A stretch of 63,966 nucleotides of DNA, the filler included, from Dirinaria sp. TL-2023a (taxonomy: Eukaryota), in assembly GCA_051941275.1 (NCBI GenBank). It is 3 parts of 3 records of this genome, joined end to end, with 100 filler letters (N's around TTAATTAATTAA, not from the genome) between each part and the next. Parts side by side here need not be neighbours in the genome. Positions count along the whole stretch, not along the records: positions 1 to 21,899 come from JAVEBF010000243.1; 2 more parts are not named here. One strand, written 5' to 3'. Position 1 is the stretch's first letter. The number at the start of each line of letters is the position of its first letter. Below, one piece after another: positions 1-12,919 of this stretch. Below the pieces are notes generated by a model. The model saw only the letters and a list, made by a program, of their open reading frames with translations, searched no databases and was not told the DNA's origin. The position numbers were made by a program, and so were the translations under genes.

Positions 1-586
<586 letters not shown>

Positions 587-1575
587 TGCTTGAAGAGAGG
601 AGCGGCTTTCCTTGCGCTGTCGCTACCAACTAGTTGCGTTCGGGGGGAATGGGATGTGCGCTTGAGGTGCATAGACGGCAGGCAGCCAAGATGGTGGATC
701 TGAAGGGAGAAAAAAAAGGGTGGAGGGGATATATGGAAGAATGGGAGCGGTTTCAGTATCCTACTCTTCTCTATGTGAATTAATTTTCTGGTCCCGGCGG
801 GGGGAGGGGAGTCGCGAGTGGGGTGAAAATTTAATCCATTATTCACAAATATCACTGATAACAACAATAACCTGAAGTAATGTAAGGGGTTAAGGAGCAC
901 CCTTCACCTTGCTGCCAGTACATATCTTAAAAAACTTTACATGATGAAGGTTGCCTCATAAATCCACGGCGAGCATGCCGCGATGCATGTTGGATGCCTT
1001 AGGTAAGGTAAGAGTAATATCGTTATGATGTCATGGTGAAGAGTGATTCAATGAGGTAATTCAGGTTGGAGGGGGGGATTGCATCAAGTTCCCTACCTTA
1101 CAGTATCTTTGGCTCCTTCGAAAAGTCGCCGCAGTTAACAGTAAGGTAATACGGGATCATGTAGACGAACGTCATCTGAACCAAGCTTGCTGGCAATAAC
1201 GTAGTATTGCGCATCCTAGATGCAATTATCTTTGGTACGAGTACATCCGCTCCAAGAACTTTTGATCCACGCTACTCGTGCCCAGCACCAGCAGACCTGG
1301 AATGGAGACTAAGAAAACAGAGTATGAAAAATCCAGCAAAGACCCAGCTCAGCCATTACCCAGGTGGCCCCCGTTCGATCGAGTCCGGTGCCTTGTACAT
1401 AACCTTCATGATAGCCGTAACATCGTGGACACCAGGATGCCGCCATCATGATCCATCCAGTCAACATTTCCAACCCTCAGAAAATGATCGCAAATTCCAA
1501 ACGCGTGCCAGGCTCGAACATCAAAATCAAATACCGTACAATACTGTTACAGGCAAGCAGGCAGGCCATGTTGTG

Positions 1576-4320
1576 CTATGCTGAAAGCTCCGACGACATC
1601 AGCTGTTGAATGTCCACCTCGTCTTCCAACCACGGCCCTTTTTCCTCGGCGGTCGCGTTGTGGAAAGCCTCCGTACGCTTGACCGTCTCCATGTCGAGAT
1701 CGGTGACATAGGAATTGCCGTCCCCGAAGCGCATGCGCACCTCGAATTCGTTATCGAGCATCATTTCATCTTTCCACAGACGACGGGGCCCGTCGTAAGC
1801 ACACAGCACTCGCTTCTTCATCTTCATCTTGTCGGGCGAACAGCCCCATGAAGGTGGGTAGAACTTCCGCCGCTTGCGCCCTTTGGCCACCAGTGGTACT
1901 CCTCCTTTGGAAAAGGTCAGGCCTCGACTCTTGCCAGTCCGCCCGGATTTCGCAACGGGATTACCACCCCCAACGTGCGGAGCGACACCTTGGGGACGTG
2001 TTAATTGTCAACATGAACCATCCAAACTATTGGCGCTAAGAGTACCTTTGCCGGAGAGGGAGCTGGCGTTCCCCAAGCTGTGCCAGCCTTCTTCAACGTT
2101 CTCCACTTTCAACCCGTCGGCGTCGATTTCCGCTTCATCGAAACCGGACGCATGTCCCGTGTTCGCTTGGAGAGTGGGAGGGACCTGTCGGTCTAGGCTC
2201 TCTTGGACAGCTGGGTCATCAGCTACTTCTGCCAGACGTTGCTCGTTGATGGCTTCGCTGGGCTCCTCCTGTTGCACCACACGGAGAACGCAATCATCCA
2301 GATGCTCGTAAAAGTCTTGAGCGTTGTGGAACATGGCGGAGCAGGTCGAGCATTTGCCTGCCGCAGCGGGCGACGTGGCCGACGACTTTTTGGTCGAGGA
2401 AGTCGAAGGGCTCTTCTTGCGGCTGTTGGGAGGCGTCTGTTCTACACTGTGCACCGAGGTAAGATGGCGTTTGAAGACATCGGCGCGGTTGAAGCTCTTC
2501 TCGGCAGCAGAGCCAGAACCCGGGCAGAAATCGCAAACCATGGTGCCCTTGTAGTGCGTCAGGGTGTGACGGTTCTTGTCATATTTACGAGCAAAGCCTT
2601 TCTGATGGTACTCGCACGTCACAATTGGGCACTTTTCGGGCCTCTCCGATTGATGGGTCAACATATGAGCCTTGAGATCCTTGAATACCCGACCGCAATC
2701 AGGGTTGGGACATCGACCTCTTTCTCGGCCGTCATCCTCGAACCCGATGCTTGCGGACCGTGAACTTTCGTGGGAGTACCTGGACTGACTCGAGGCAATC
2801 GACATTCTACGTCCGTCCATTGGTGGATACGGTCTGTAGGAGGTGGAATGGAGATAGGGAGACTGTGTAGCACTTCGATACCTCGAAGGTCCAGGGTGAT
2901 GCGAATCTTGACTGGATGTATCTGAGGGAGCTGGCGAAGGTGGCTGAACCGTCTGAGATGGTACATGAAAGGCGTGAATGACACCTGGGTAAGGTCCTGA
3001 GGTTGTGTTGTGCGTGATGGGGGTTTCGAAAGGCTGGATGAGCGAGGGATCTATGAGCCAATACTCGTTAGCAGCGGCTCGTTCAGATGCATCTCGGAGA
3101 GGTCGGTAGAAACAAGACTAGTTGAGGAAAAGTGGTTCGAAAGCATGCTAAAAACAACGGGCATTTAAGGAAAACCAACAAGATGACTCCAGTGGAGGTA
3201 TGAATCTACCACTGCTTTGAGAAAAGAAAGAATTCTGAGACTGAACTGAAGGAGATGGATTCTGTGCAGCCTGCGGCATGGGCCAGGAATAGGAAGTGGA
3301 ACGGTCTGTGGGAGAAGTGGAAGTCCTCTGTGTTCGTCGACCATTGCCAGCAATACCATGCGGGTTATGGATGCCACGCTGTTGCTGACCCGACTGCCAG
3401 GCCGTACTGGCCACGCGAGGAGACATGGCAGAGGCTGGCATAGTAGGTGATCGGAACAAACCAGGCTGAACCGGAGAGGAGCTGAATTGATGCGTGCTGT
3501 GAAACATGCCAGAGGGAGCATTGGTTGAGTTGGCAGAAGTGGGAGAGGCTGTTTGGCTGGGAGAAGTAATACTGCTATTGACCTCTTCAAGTATCGAATC
3601 GATAGTGATATTCTTGGCGCCCAACGTTGTATCGAGGCCCATTGACACCGGCAGAGGAGACGTCACGGACGTGTAAGATTGAGACGCTGAGCATGTAGAG
3701 ATAGAAGAAGACGGCTGAAAGCCAGATGAGGACGAAGAAAATTTTCCGGACTCACCAACGAAGCTTCCTTGAAGCTTGCTGTCAAACATATCGTGTTCCA
3801 GTCCAGCCAGGGGATATATTCCATCGTTGCCTAAACCATCGTTGTTGATAAATTCCCGTGCGATACCGAGCCCATGCTGTGACTCATGCCACTGATCTTG
3901 TCCTGGAAGACTCTGCGTGGCATGGGAATACGGAGAGCCGACGGCTGAGGAGGCTGTGCTCTGGACCGATGCCCCTGAGGCTGAAGATAGTATGGAAGGG
4001 GGGTGATCAAAGGCGTGTGAGATCGAGGGCGACGGGGAACCGGCGGGAGTGTATCGCTGTTCCGACCTGGCTCGAGACTTGGATACTTCGAACGGGTAAT
4101 GAGGGGCATTGTAGTAGATTTGAGGCGCGGGCGAGTATCCCGAAAGGGCGGGATAGGCATCGTATGAGTTACTGTCGGAATGATGCTGCTGGTGGGGGTC
4201 GGAGCGGGCGTTGGCACCAAAGTGCATGCCATTGAAGCTTTCTTCGTGCGCCATCTCGAAATGGGTGTGATCTTTAGGGAAGAGGATGAAGTCGTCTATG
4301 CTATCATGCACGAGAGCCAT
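1576..4320 (-). CDS. nsdC: NsdC-like C2H2/C2HC zinc-finger transcription factor; exons 4320-3756 (or -3180), 3050-2046, 1988-1576
   Basis: Fingers CPNPDC..HMLTH, CPIVTC..HTLTH, CDFC..HLTSVH and CSTC..HLDDC, plus C-terminal YPPSWGC...KRVLCAYDGPRRLWKDEMML, match my recollection of Aspergillus NsdC. Three track ORFs join through a phase-1 intron (branch GCTAAC, TAG acceptor at 3051) and a 57-nt intron at 2045-1989. Confidence 0.85.
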
Positions 4321-4375
4321 GCCCCGAAGTCAATGTATCAAGCGCCGGGCTCGAGGCAAGGCAATCGGACCACGA

Positions 4376-4439
4376 CTGGAGCTTTGTCAGTCTCCACGAT
4401 AGGCCAACGAAGGACAAGCAGGGAGGATGGATGTCTTAC
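4376..4439 (-). other. Probable intron in the nsdC 5' leader
   Basis: G|GTAAGA donor at 4439, CTGAC branch at 4390-4386, TCCAG acceptor at 4376; no ATG in the immediately upstream exon sequence. Confidence 0.65.
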
Positions 4440-4800
4440 CTCTCGAAGCAGCGTTGAAGGGGGCGAGGGAAGAGCAGAGGATGGAGGAGAAGACAGGATG
4501 AAGCGCGAACGCGTGCGGGATCAGTCTTCTTATTATCTGACGGTCACGACGTCCAAGGTCCGCACAGGTGCGCTGGAGCGGGTAGGGTAGGGATAGGGCG
4601 ATGGAGGATGTCGATCAGAGATTTGAAACACCTCGTGGCATCCACGATGATCAGGTCTGGAGCATGTGTACGAGTGGAACAGATCAGGAAGGGATTGACA
4701 CAGGTGCCGTAAGCAATATGCAAGATGGGGGGATGTTGGAAAAGAACGTATGCCTGTGGTGTGGTTGGGGGCTGAAAAGTGGGATGGACGAGAAGGAGGA

Positions 4801-4952
4801 CGAGGGAGAGAGGGAGAGGTAGAGAGAGAGAGAGAGAGAGAGGAGAGAAGTGGTGGGTTAAAAGGTGCTATATGGGAGAGAGAGCGTGTGGGTGTGTGTG
4901 TATATGTAAGTGTGTGTGTATGTGTGTGTATGAGTGTGTGTATGTTTGTGTG
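4801..4952. repeat. Compound microsatellite: (GA)n then imperfect (TG)n
   Basis: Perfect AG run at about 4821-4842; TG/TA run at about 4885-4952. Confidence 0.9.
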
Positions 4953-5026
4953 CCCTGGTCACCGATGCGTGGGAAGAGCGAACATGAGTTATGTACGAGA
5001 GAGCAGATATGTAAGTAGTAATGGAA

Positions 5027-5067
5027 GGTCAGGTCAGGTCAGATCAGGGCAGGGCAGGGCAGGGCAG
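5027..5067. repeat. Pentanucleotide repeat (GGTCA)n/(GGGCA)n
   Basis: ggtcaggtcaggtcagatcagggcagggcagggcagggcag read directly. Confidence 0.8.
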
Positions 5068-6868
5068 GTAATTGTTAAGTTCGGGGCGGTGGGTAGGTAA
5101 AGTATGTAAGTAAATACTGTACATCAACGTCAAGTAGAGGTGAAGAGGACGCGAAAGAAAAAAAAAAGGGTTCCTTACTCGATCTTGCACACCTTCAACC
5201 TTGGCTTCCCATGGCGTCCTGTACCTACCTTGTCTCCCTTGTCTCCCTGGTCTCCCTGGTCGTGGGGACTGGGATGGTGTCTCATGGTGGAGCTTTCTTT
5301 TTGGGGCGTGCATGACAGCCCTATGCACATCCTCCCATAGTCCCATCGGCACTCCCGATTATGGCAACATGCCCGTTGCCTAGTCCTCATGCGATGTTAG
5401 TCCTCCACGAGATAATAATAATCATCGCCTGCACCCAAACTGCAATTACTGCACCCACTGCACCGTGCACCCACTCACCACCCACGGCTTCATACCGTCG
5501 TATCGTTCGTAAGCAAGTCAGATCCGTACCTACCTAGTACCTCGTGCTAAGGAATTAGAAATGTACCTGTAGATTTGGCCCAGGTGAGAAGTGAGAACCA
5601 TTCCATCTTGATCGCACCATCATTTTAGTGTGCGCTGTTTTTACATTATTTGCCAGTACTACTCAAGAACGTACTGTACTTATTATTATGATTACTATCT
5701 TTTCAACCAGGTGATCTACTGCAGCGATGATTGTTATTCTCGTTGTTGTTATTATTATTATTATCGATATTATTATTTCCCCCCTCACAGAGTAGTGTGG
5801 TAGTATTCCGCAAAAGCGTGAAATTATAGAACCATGTTTACCGATGTCATGGCTGCAAGCCTCCAAAGCCCATTTACCGAGTCGTTCGTGGATTCTACAG
5901 AGTGACTACCTCAGGTAGGTAAGGTGATGGTGAGCGGTGAAGGGCAGTGGGCACACACAAGGCAGCCTTGTTGGCGAAGCACAGCATGGGTTTGGGGGGG
6001 CACCGCTCGCTGAGTGGATCGCAATGACCCTAAAAGGTCCGTTGCAGGCTTAGCGTCGCGAGCTGCTGTCCATTCGCGGTTAAAAGCGCCTTTTTTTGGC
6101 TAAGTGCTTACCCATGCCTACCTCACCTACCTTACCTCATGCTCTTGGGGACTTGGCCCTGGGGGTTTTTGCAGCAAGGCTGAGTCAAGGACAGGGGGCT
6201 TACCGTGCATAAGTCTCCCACTATTTCGAGAAAGTCAAGTCATCTCATCCCCGCCATTTGCCAAATCACTGGCCGTCCGTCTCTTTCGCGTAATCGTTCG
6301 CTACCATGTGGGGGTGTAGAAAGCCATAGCCACAGCAATCAATTATCACCGTACGGCGGATTAAATTTTGCTAGTCAGTCAAGGCAGACCGGTCGCAAGA
6401 GTGATTGAAGATTTGCGGCCGTTGGACGCTTTCGAATTTCCATCTTACGGACATAAGACGGAGGCCCTAGACGTATCGCTCTTAATAATGTCCGGGAGAG
6501 TTCAAGATGAAGTTGATCAACTGCGAGTTAAGCGCCGGAGCGATGAAGATCCGTTTCAAATCAATCCTTTCTCGCGTGGTCAATTGTTTTGTCAACGGTC
6601 GGTCCTGAGGAGTTAGTGAGAACTCACTCGCTAAGTCGCCACCGATGCTTGTGTGTCGGAGTATCCGGGGGTTACGGGGGTAGGCCAAACAAATCTCCTC
6701 GAGCCGAACCATCCCTGCGGGCCTTGTCAAATGGCGTTGGGTTGGTCGGACGGCATGGGCAGTGCAAGCTGCGCATGGCCACTGGCGGGCCGAGGAGTGA
6801 CTGATCCTGGTGTACCGCTATAATAGAGTCCATGTACCTTAAAGTAAGGCTCACTCGGTCCCTAGTAG

Positions 6869-6892
6869 TACCTACCTACCTACCTACCTACC
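6869..6892. repeat. (TACC)n tetranucleotide repeat
   Basis: tacctacctacctacctacctacc read directly. Confidence 0.85.
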
Positions 6893-9249
6893 TTATGGTA
6901 AGGCAAGGGTAATAATCTGTAATGTGCAAGATTCAAAAAAACGCAAATAGCGGAAGGTTCGAGAATCTGTCAGTGCTGACGCTTTCAAACCCGGACTGTT
7001 TTTCAAACCATGACGCTCGCAGTCGCAGATCTTGACACTGACCCCGTCCTGCATTGTCCTGCGCGCATGATCGACTTCCCCATCAATAAGGTAAGCAGGT
7101 ACGAGTAGTCGTACCTGACCGTACGGGTGCCTTAGCCCCTGGGTGCTAGACTGCGCGCACCCTTGCCCGGTCAGTCCATTACCTATGATTTCTCACGATG
7201 CCCATTGAGCGTGCGTAATGATGGCGAACGCAAGTAGTGTCTCATCCTTCTCCAAGTTCGCGCGGTGCGGAAGAGTGGGAGGAGCGAAAGCAACGGTTAA
7301 AGCACTGAAGCAGATAATGTCTTCCGGCAGGGCTGGTGCAGCGTCCAATGGAGTCGTCCAGCAGGCATAGTGGCATACGCATCCCGGGACACGAACCCTA
7401 CCTAACCGACAGCTTCCGATAGCTGGCCAATCGATCCTCCCTACGTCAGAAGGATTCCAACAGCATCCTCTACCACGTGCGAAGGATGCCTGTTTCTCCA
7501 TTCCGACCCCTGTGGCACTAAAGAGCTTAACCCCCGTGTCGGGTCAGGAAGCCGCAGATCGAGCGAGGTATCCCGGCTACCGTTGGAAGCACTAGCTGCA
7601 AACTACCACACTGGCGGCTTAGGGCTGATAAGGGTGGGAATCCCTGGGAAATAAGAGGAAAATCGAGGGGGGGTTTCGATGATGTGGCACGCAATCGATA
7701 CTTTCCATTCGGCACTTTATGGTGCTTTTTGCTCCGTTTCAGGATCACGACAGTGCGTCGTCTTCCTCAGGCCTGATTTGCTCCACTCCGGATCGGCTTT
7801 TCATGAATCATTCACCCTGCTCATCTCTCCCCCCCACTTAATAATCATGACTACCTGATGGACTCTCGCCCTGGTGCGGCGTGGTGTTCGGTGCATCTGA
7901 ACTCCAGACTCCAGTGCTGCCTCGATAGTAGTGCGTGTGTTCGCCCATACACTTGACCACCAGTCTCGTGAGTCGTGGCCAAGTTCTAACCAAGCAATTT
8001 GCGACAGAATCGGAGGGTTACCGAGAGGCCTTTGCATCCCCACCCTATTCGCTCCAGCCTGGTCTGGTTTTTTCACCGCTTCGAAGTGTACTCTAGGCGG
8101 AATGCGCGATAATTCAACTTAGACAAATTGTAAAGTAGGCAGCAATCCTCTATAGGCATAATTTGCGAGCATGTGAAGAGAAGACGCCTAATGCAAGCCC
8201 TACGGGTCGTACATGGGGTACTCGTACCCTCTATCATCTATGGTACAGGTAGTGAGTGAGTGAGTGAGTGAGATAAGTACGAATTAGCGTAAGATAGTAG
8301 TGGCCGCTGCGATGTGCTGGCGCGTCAGCCCTAGATTACGGGCACACCATCTGCCCGAAGAGTGCGAAGACCCTAAGGTAGCATCATCGTTGCACGAATG
8401 TCGGCAGATATGACCACGAGGTTGTCGTACATGCCACTTTCTTACATTGTTTCAACGCCGCCCTCACACGCTCTGCAAGATGCATGCAAGCTGCACACCC
8501 CAGATTGACCGCTACATGCATATCCATGCTCGTGACGTCCACGTGTTTGGATTTTCCGACACGTAGGGCTCTTCGGGACGGGGATTGGCCATTGATGCGG
8601 CTCCTCGTCCACCCCCTTGGAAAACGCGAAGGCCGAGTAGAAAAAAAAGTTGATGAAGGTGAGGAAGGAGGAACCTACCGACTTGCGCAGTCAAGCTATG
8701 CACGGAGAATCCTCGGCTCTCATATAATTGATCAAGTGGCAGCTTGAATTTGCACTGCACTTGAATTTCACTATCCGGTGGCCACGGCGGTCGATTGGAG
8801 AGGTGTTTGGATCAAGCGCTGGAGGATTCGGCCAAAGTGCCTTGAATTTTCCGATATGGGATAATCTTATCAGATCGTGTACGATAAAATTCACTTCCAT
8901 CTGGAATGATGTACATACCCACATTACCTTATGTACTCCTCTCATGTTCAAATTGAAGGTGATGGTTTCTTCGTTTGCCGAGAATCCTAGTTTATTGATA
9001 TGTAATTTAGCTCGTATGCATCTGAATGACCGTGATCATCATGGCTGCTGATCGCCGTTCGCTTGGCGCGAGGGCAAGTTGCTCCTTCGCTAAGTCTAAG
9101 CGGTTACTTGCAAGTACTTAAGTGCAGCGTTGACAGAGTGTGTGTGATGTTGAGGTCTATCCATGGATTGGGAAATATATCTGTTGAGTGTGAAACCATC
9201 TCGGTCTTTGGCACCCAATTGTGCAGAATTGAGCCGTCTATTAATCGTC

Positions 9250-10186
9250 TTAAAGATTGGCGACTGGCCCTCTCCAACCCCAGCCTCCAACTTCATGTTC
9301 TTTCAGCGGCTTCATGCCCGAAGCTTCACACATTGTGATGACAACCTCGCGAACGGCTTGCACTTCTTCTCGTGTAGCTCCATTGTTGACCGCACCATGT
9401 AGATGGCCTTTTAGCTGTGCATTAACCTACCACATGCTTTGTGAGGACTATTCGACAATCAAACAAGGAAGCCTTACATCTTGAGGTATCAAGCCCGCTA
9501 ACAAAACATAGCTTGTCTCGGCTGCTGACAACACGCTTGTGTTACTAAGTATGTAGCCATACATCAGTCGTGCTAGTATTCCAAGGTCTTCTGTGCCTGA
9601 TCGATCCAACTGTCCCATGACCCTCTTTTGGACTTTGCCATATATCTAACCCCGTTGGTCAGAAAGGGTGAAGGCTCTGCGGGCTACTTGCGCCGTACCT
9701 GGCCGAAAAATGTCTGACCGCGGTGTAGTATTGTGGAGGACGGGATGTCGTAGATCTCGACGGGCCTTGCAGTGGGAGAAAATTGTAATGGCTCGTCAAT
9801 CAGAGAGCTTGGAGTGACGCTTTTCAGGGAGGAGAGCGCGTTGATCGTCTTGAGAATAGGGTAGATCAGCCTCGACCGATTGCAGCATGGTTTGATTCAG
9901 CTGATCACACTTTCGGTAAACCACTAATGACCGCCGCCTTCACGAGTCCCTCGCGCATCTTCCGAGCAATGACCAGTTGCTCGTCATGTTGAGGTATTCG
10001 CTCTTCCTTGCCTCCGCCTTTCTCGAGCGCATGCTCAAATACCAGCGGAATCTCATCTGACCGGTTGATCGCGGAAAGTGTAACGCCGGCAATGAAATAC
10101 CAGGTATGCGGTGGCAGCTGAGGATGCCCGCGAAGGTAGCTTAGGAGTGATGGCGAGACTATCCGGGGAAGAGCAGATGGCGTCAT
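9250..10186 (-). CDS. AhpD/carboxymuconolactone decarboxylase-like protein (yeast Pxp2-like family); exons 10186-9911, 9848-9699, 9645-9478, 9426-9250
   Basis: Spliced frame: WYFIAGVTLSAINRSDEIP...MREGLVKAAVISGLPK|TINAL...LIPQD|VNAQLKGHLHGAVNNGATREEVQAVR...GWGWRGPVANL*. Confidence 0.8.
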
Positions 10187-10775
10187 TGCTCGCTAACGAG
10201 CACTAAGGTATCGTAGCTACCTTGAGGTATGACTTGACGTTCAAGGAAGCTTTTGGTTTCCTTGCTGATACACGCTTGCGACAGTTCTCCGAGGCTACCG
10301 CTTCGGGCGGTTGTGGTTGTGCCAGTGCGAGTCTTGTTTGTGCAAGAACTTCTCCAACGACTCCCGCGGCGGATCGGCCCGGCCAACCTCAGATTGATGG
10401 CAACTGAGGGTACGAGTACTCGTGCCTCGGTAAAGAACATGTATGATACTAAGCGGCAAAATCCATCAATCACTGTACTATAGGTCTTGATATTGCAAGC
10501 AAATCGTACGAGATCTGACTTCTTATCTGCGTGTAGCCCTGGGATGGGCCTTCTGCCTCGTTCCATTTCGACCAATGGCACGAAGTATTCAAGTTCCACT
10601 ACTCGGAATAGCTGGAAGCTGAATCGTCCCTTGTAAGGTGATTTGTTCCTTCCCAAGGCAAGACACTAAAAAATGGCAATGATAAAGAGGTAAATTTGGT
10701 TTCGACTAAGATTTTGCCCGATTCTTTCCCGTGCTACACCTCAGCTTGGCATAATTCAAGGCACCCACTACCACT

Positions 10776-11992
10776 ATGCCGTCTGTCTCTCTCAAACTTC
10801 TTCAACCGCTTCCAGACCTTGTCCGCTCAAAATACCTCCAAGCGCAAGCTTCTGGCGCACTCGCCCTTTCTCCCACTCATCTCACCATAGTACGGGTCGA
10901 TGGTGGACCAGTATGTATTGCTACCTTAAAACATGTGTTCTTGCTTTCATGTAGAGCGCTGCCTCATCGGTGTTTCAGTTCCAACTTAGATGGTGCCCGG
11001 CACTTGCGGAGAAGCCTACTGGCAAAGAATCCGGCATCGAACCCCCACCTAGCCATCTTTCCGCTCCGCGGCGAAAGAAACCTGATCCATTCGAGGACCC
11101 GTCATCGGACCTTCTCGTCGAACGCGTACCGGCTGATAATCCAACACACAATGTTGTGCTCAACAAGTATCCGGTCATCCCACAGCACTTCATACTCGCC
11201 ACCAAAGAATACAAAGAGCAGGCTGACAAGCTGGAAGCGCAGGATCTGGCGGTGACGTATGGATGCCTGCAAAGCTGGGGCCAAGGCCGATTGTTCGCAT
11301 TCTTCAATTCAGGGGAGCATAGTGGTGCAAGCCAAGGGCACAGGCATATCCAATTCCTGCCAGTAGAGGAGATGCAGGCCACGCAGGAGGAGGGCCAGTG
11401 GGCGCCATTGATCGATGCGATGCAACAGAACGGTATCCAAGGTTCGTTTGGCACAGAGCATCAGCTCGTACATTGGGAGCTAGGAGTCTGTCACTAACAA
11501 CTTGATGCAGCACTGGATGGCACTTCTACTATTGCTTCCGTTCCTTTCGCTCACTTTTCGCTCCCGATTCCTGCTGGCCCAACACCTTCAACATTATTGC
11601 GCTTGTATGAATCCCTATACGAGGTCGCTAGCGCTGTTCTGGAGTCTTCGCACGACCCAAAGGTGCCCCCAATAGACCCTCTTGGATCTGGGCCCAAAAC
11701 AAAAACTATGAGCTATAATCTGGCAATGACCACATCGACAATGGTAGTCTGTCCGAGAAGAAGCGAAGGCTGCGTGCTCATTCCAGAGCACGTAGATCAA
11801 AGCCTTGGAAATGGAAGTGGAATAGGGCCTGTGGCTTTGAACGGTACAATGCTTGCTGGGACGCTGATGGTGAAAACGGAGACTGAGTGGGATGCATTGC
11901 GAGGCGATAACGGCGCAACATATTTAAAAAGGATTTTGGAAGACGTAGGAGTGCCACAGAGCAACCGCCACATAAGGTCTGAGGATACGTAA
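10776..11992 (+). CDS. APA2: ATP adenylyltransferase / Ap4A phosphorylase; exons 10776-10910, 10979-11441, 11511-11992
   Basis: LNKYPVIPQHFILAT, FFNSGEHSGASQGHRHIQF (HxHxQ), SYNLAMT...CPRRSEG, ALNGTMLAGTLMVK. Confidence 0.92.
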
Positions 11993-12919
11993 TGGAGTAG
12001 AGGAGTTCTTATTTAGCTAAAGCGCATCTACGGAAACGGTGAAAGACAAAACCCAGAGCGTTTCTCTCTATCGGAAGTCTGGCGATATTGGCTGTTTCAC
12101 AAATGTGAACAGAACTAGTCGCTGCAGATATTAGTGCAAAACCGGAAACCCTAAGAAGTACATCTCACTATAGTATATGTGAGAGACCAGGAACCATGGT
12201 ATAGCGATAGACGGATCAAGACCGAGCCATCTAAAGCCATTCATGAAATCGCTCCAGTTGTTCGGAGATGATAATTGACTGTCTTGAGTTGGTGAATTGG
12301 GGAAATTAAGACTGCATGCCAGCACTTTCTCGAAGAAAGCCATACCTAGGACAGCTTAACTGCATAGCAAGACCAAGGTTAAATGACCGAAACGCAGTGG
12401 CGTTCTACCCCGAGGCCAAGTCTGATCCTAAACCAAACGAGGCTATTGATTAACTGTAGCGATCTTCGGTGGTCTCGGAGAGGCTCGGGCTCGAGAGGCT
12501 GCTTTACCTGGGACAGAATTTTGACGGTTCAACACGAGATTGTTGGCTTTCCGTTTATCTCGTCCCAATTCTTGCGGCACATGGTATTTCTAATATGGCA
12601 AGACCGGCCGTGACGGGTGATGTATTCCAAAATCCTCTTCTAACTGAATCTTGGAAGACTTGCTTGTGAAAGCTGTCTTCTGAGGCTACCGTGCTGAGTA
12701 CCGAACGGAGTCTTGAGATTGCTGGCTGCTCGCGGTGAAAACCACCGACATTATGGGAAAGGGTACAAATTCCAAACAACTATGCACCCATTGTATCAAG
12801 TTTCTACATGCAACGCATAGGCCATAGCTTGTGGCCCGCCTAATGATATTTGAGACACCAGGGTGTTGTTCGGTTAATGAAATAGCTTATTCCACTTGCT
12901 GAGGCTAAGTCCACCGAGC

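Noticed and set aside
1576..2010. Stop-codon readthrough or a separate gene after the zinc-finger ORF's TGA at 2008
   Set aside because: A 57-nt intron (GTACTC...TTAAC...AAG, 2045-1989) removes the stop in frame.
5940..6098. GC-rich stretch ending in a T run as a Pol III RNA gene
   Set aside because: No tRNA cloverleaf, A/B boxes or recognisable 5S/U6 sequence.
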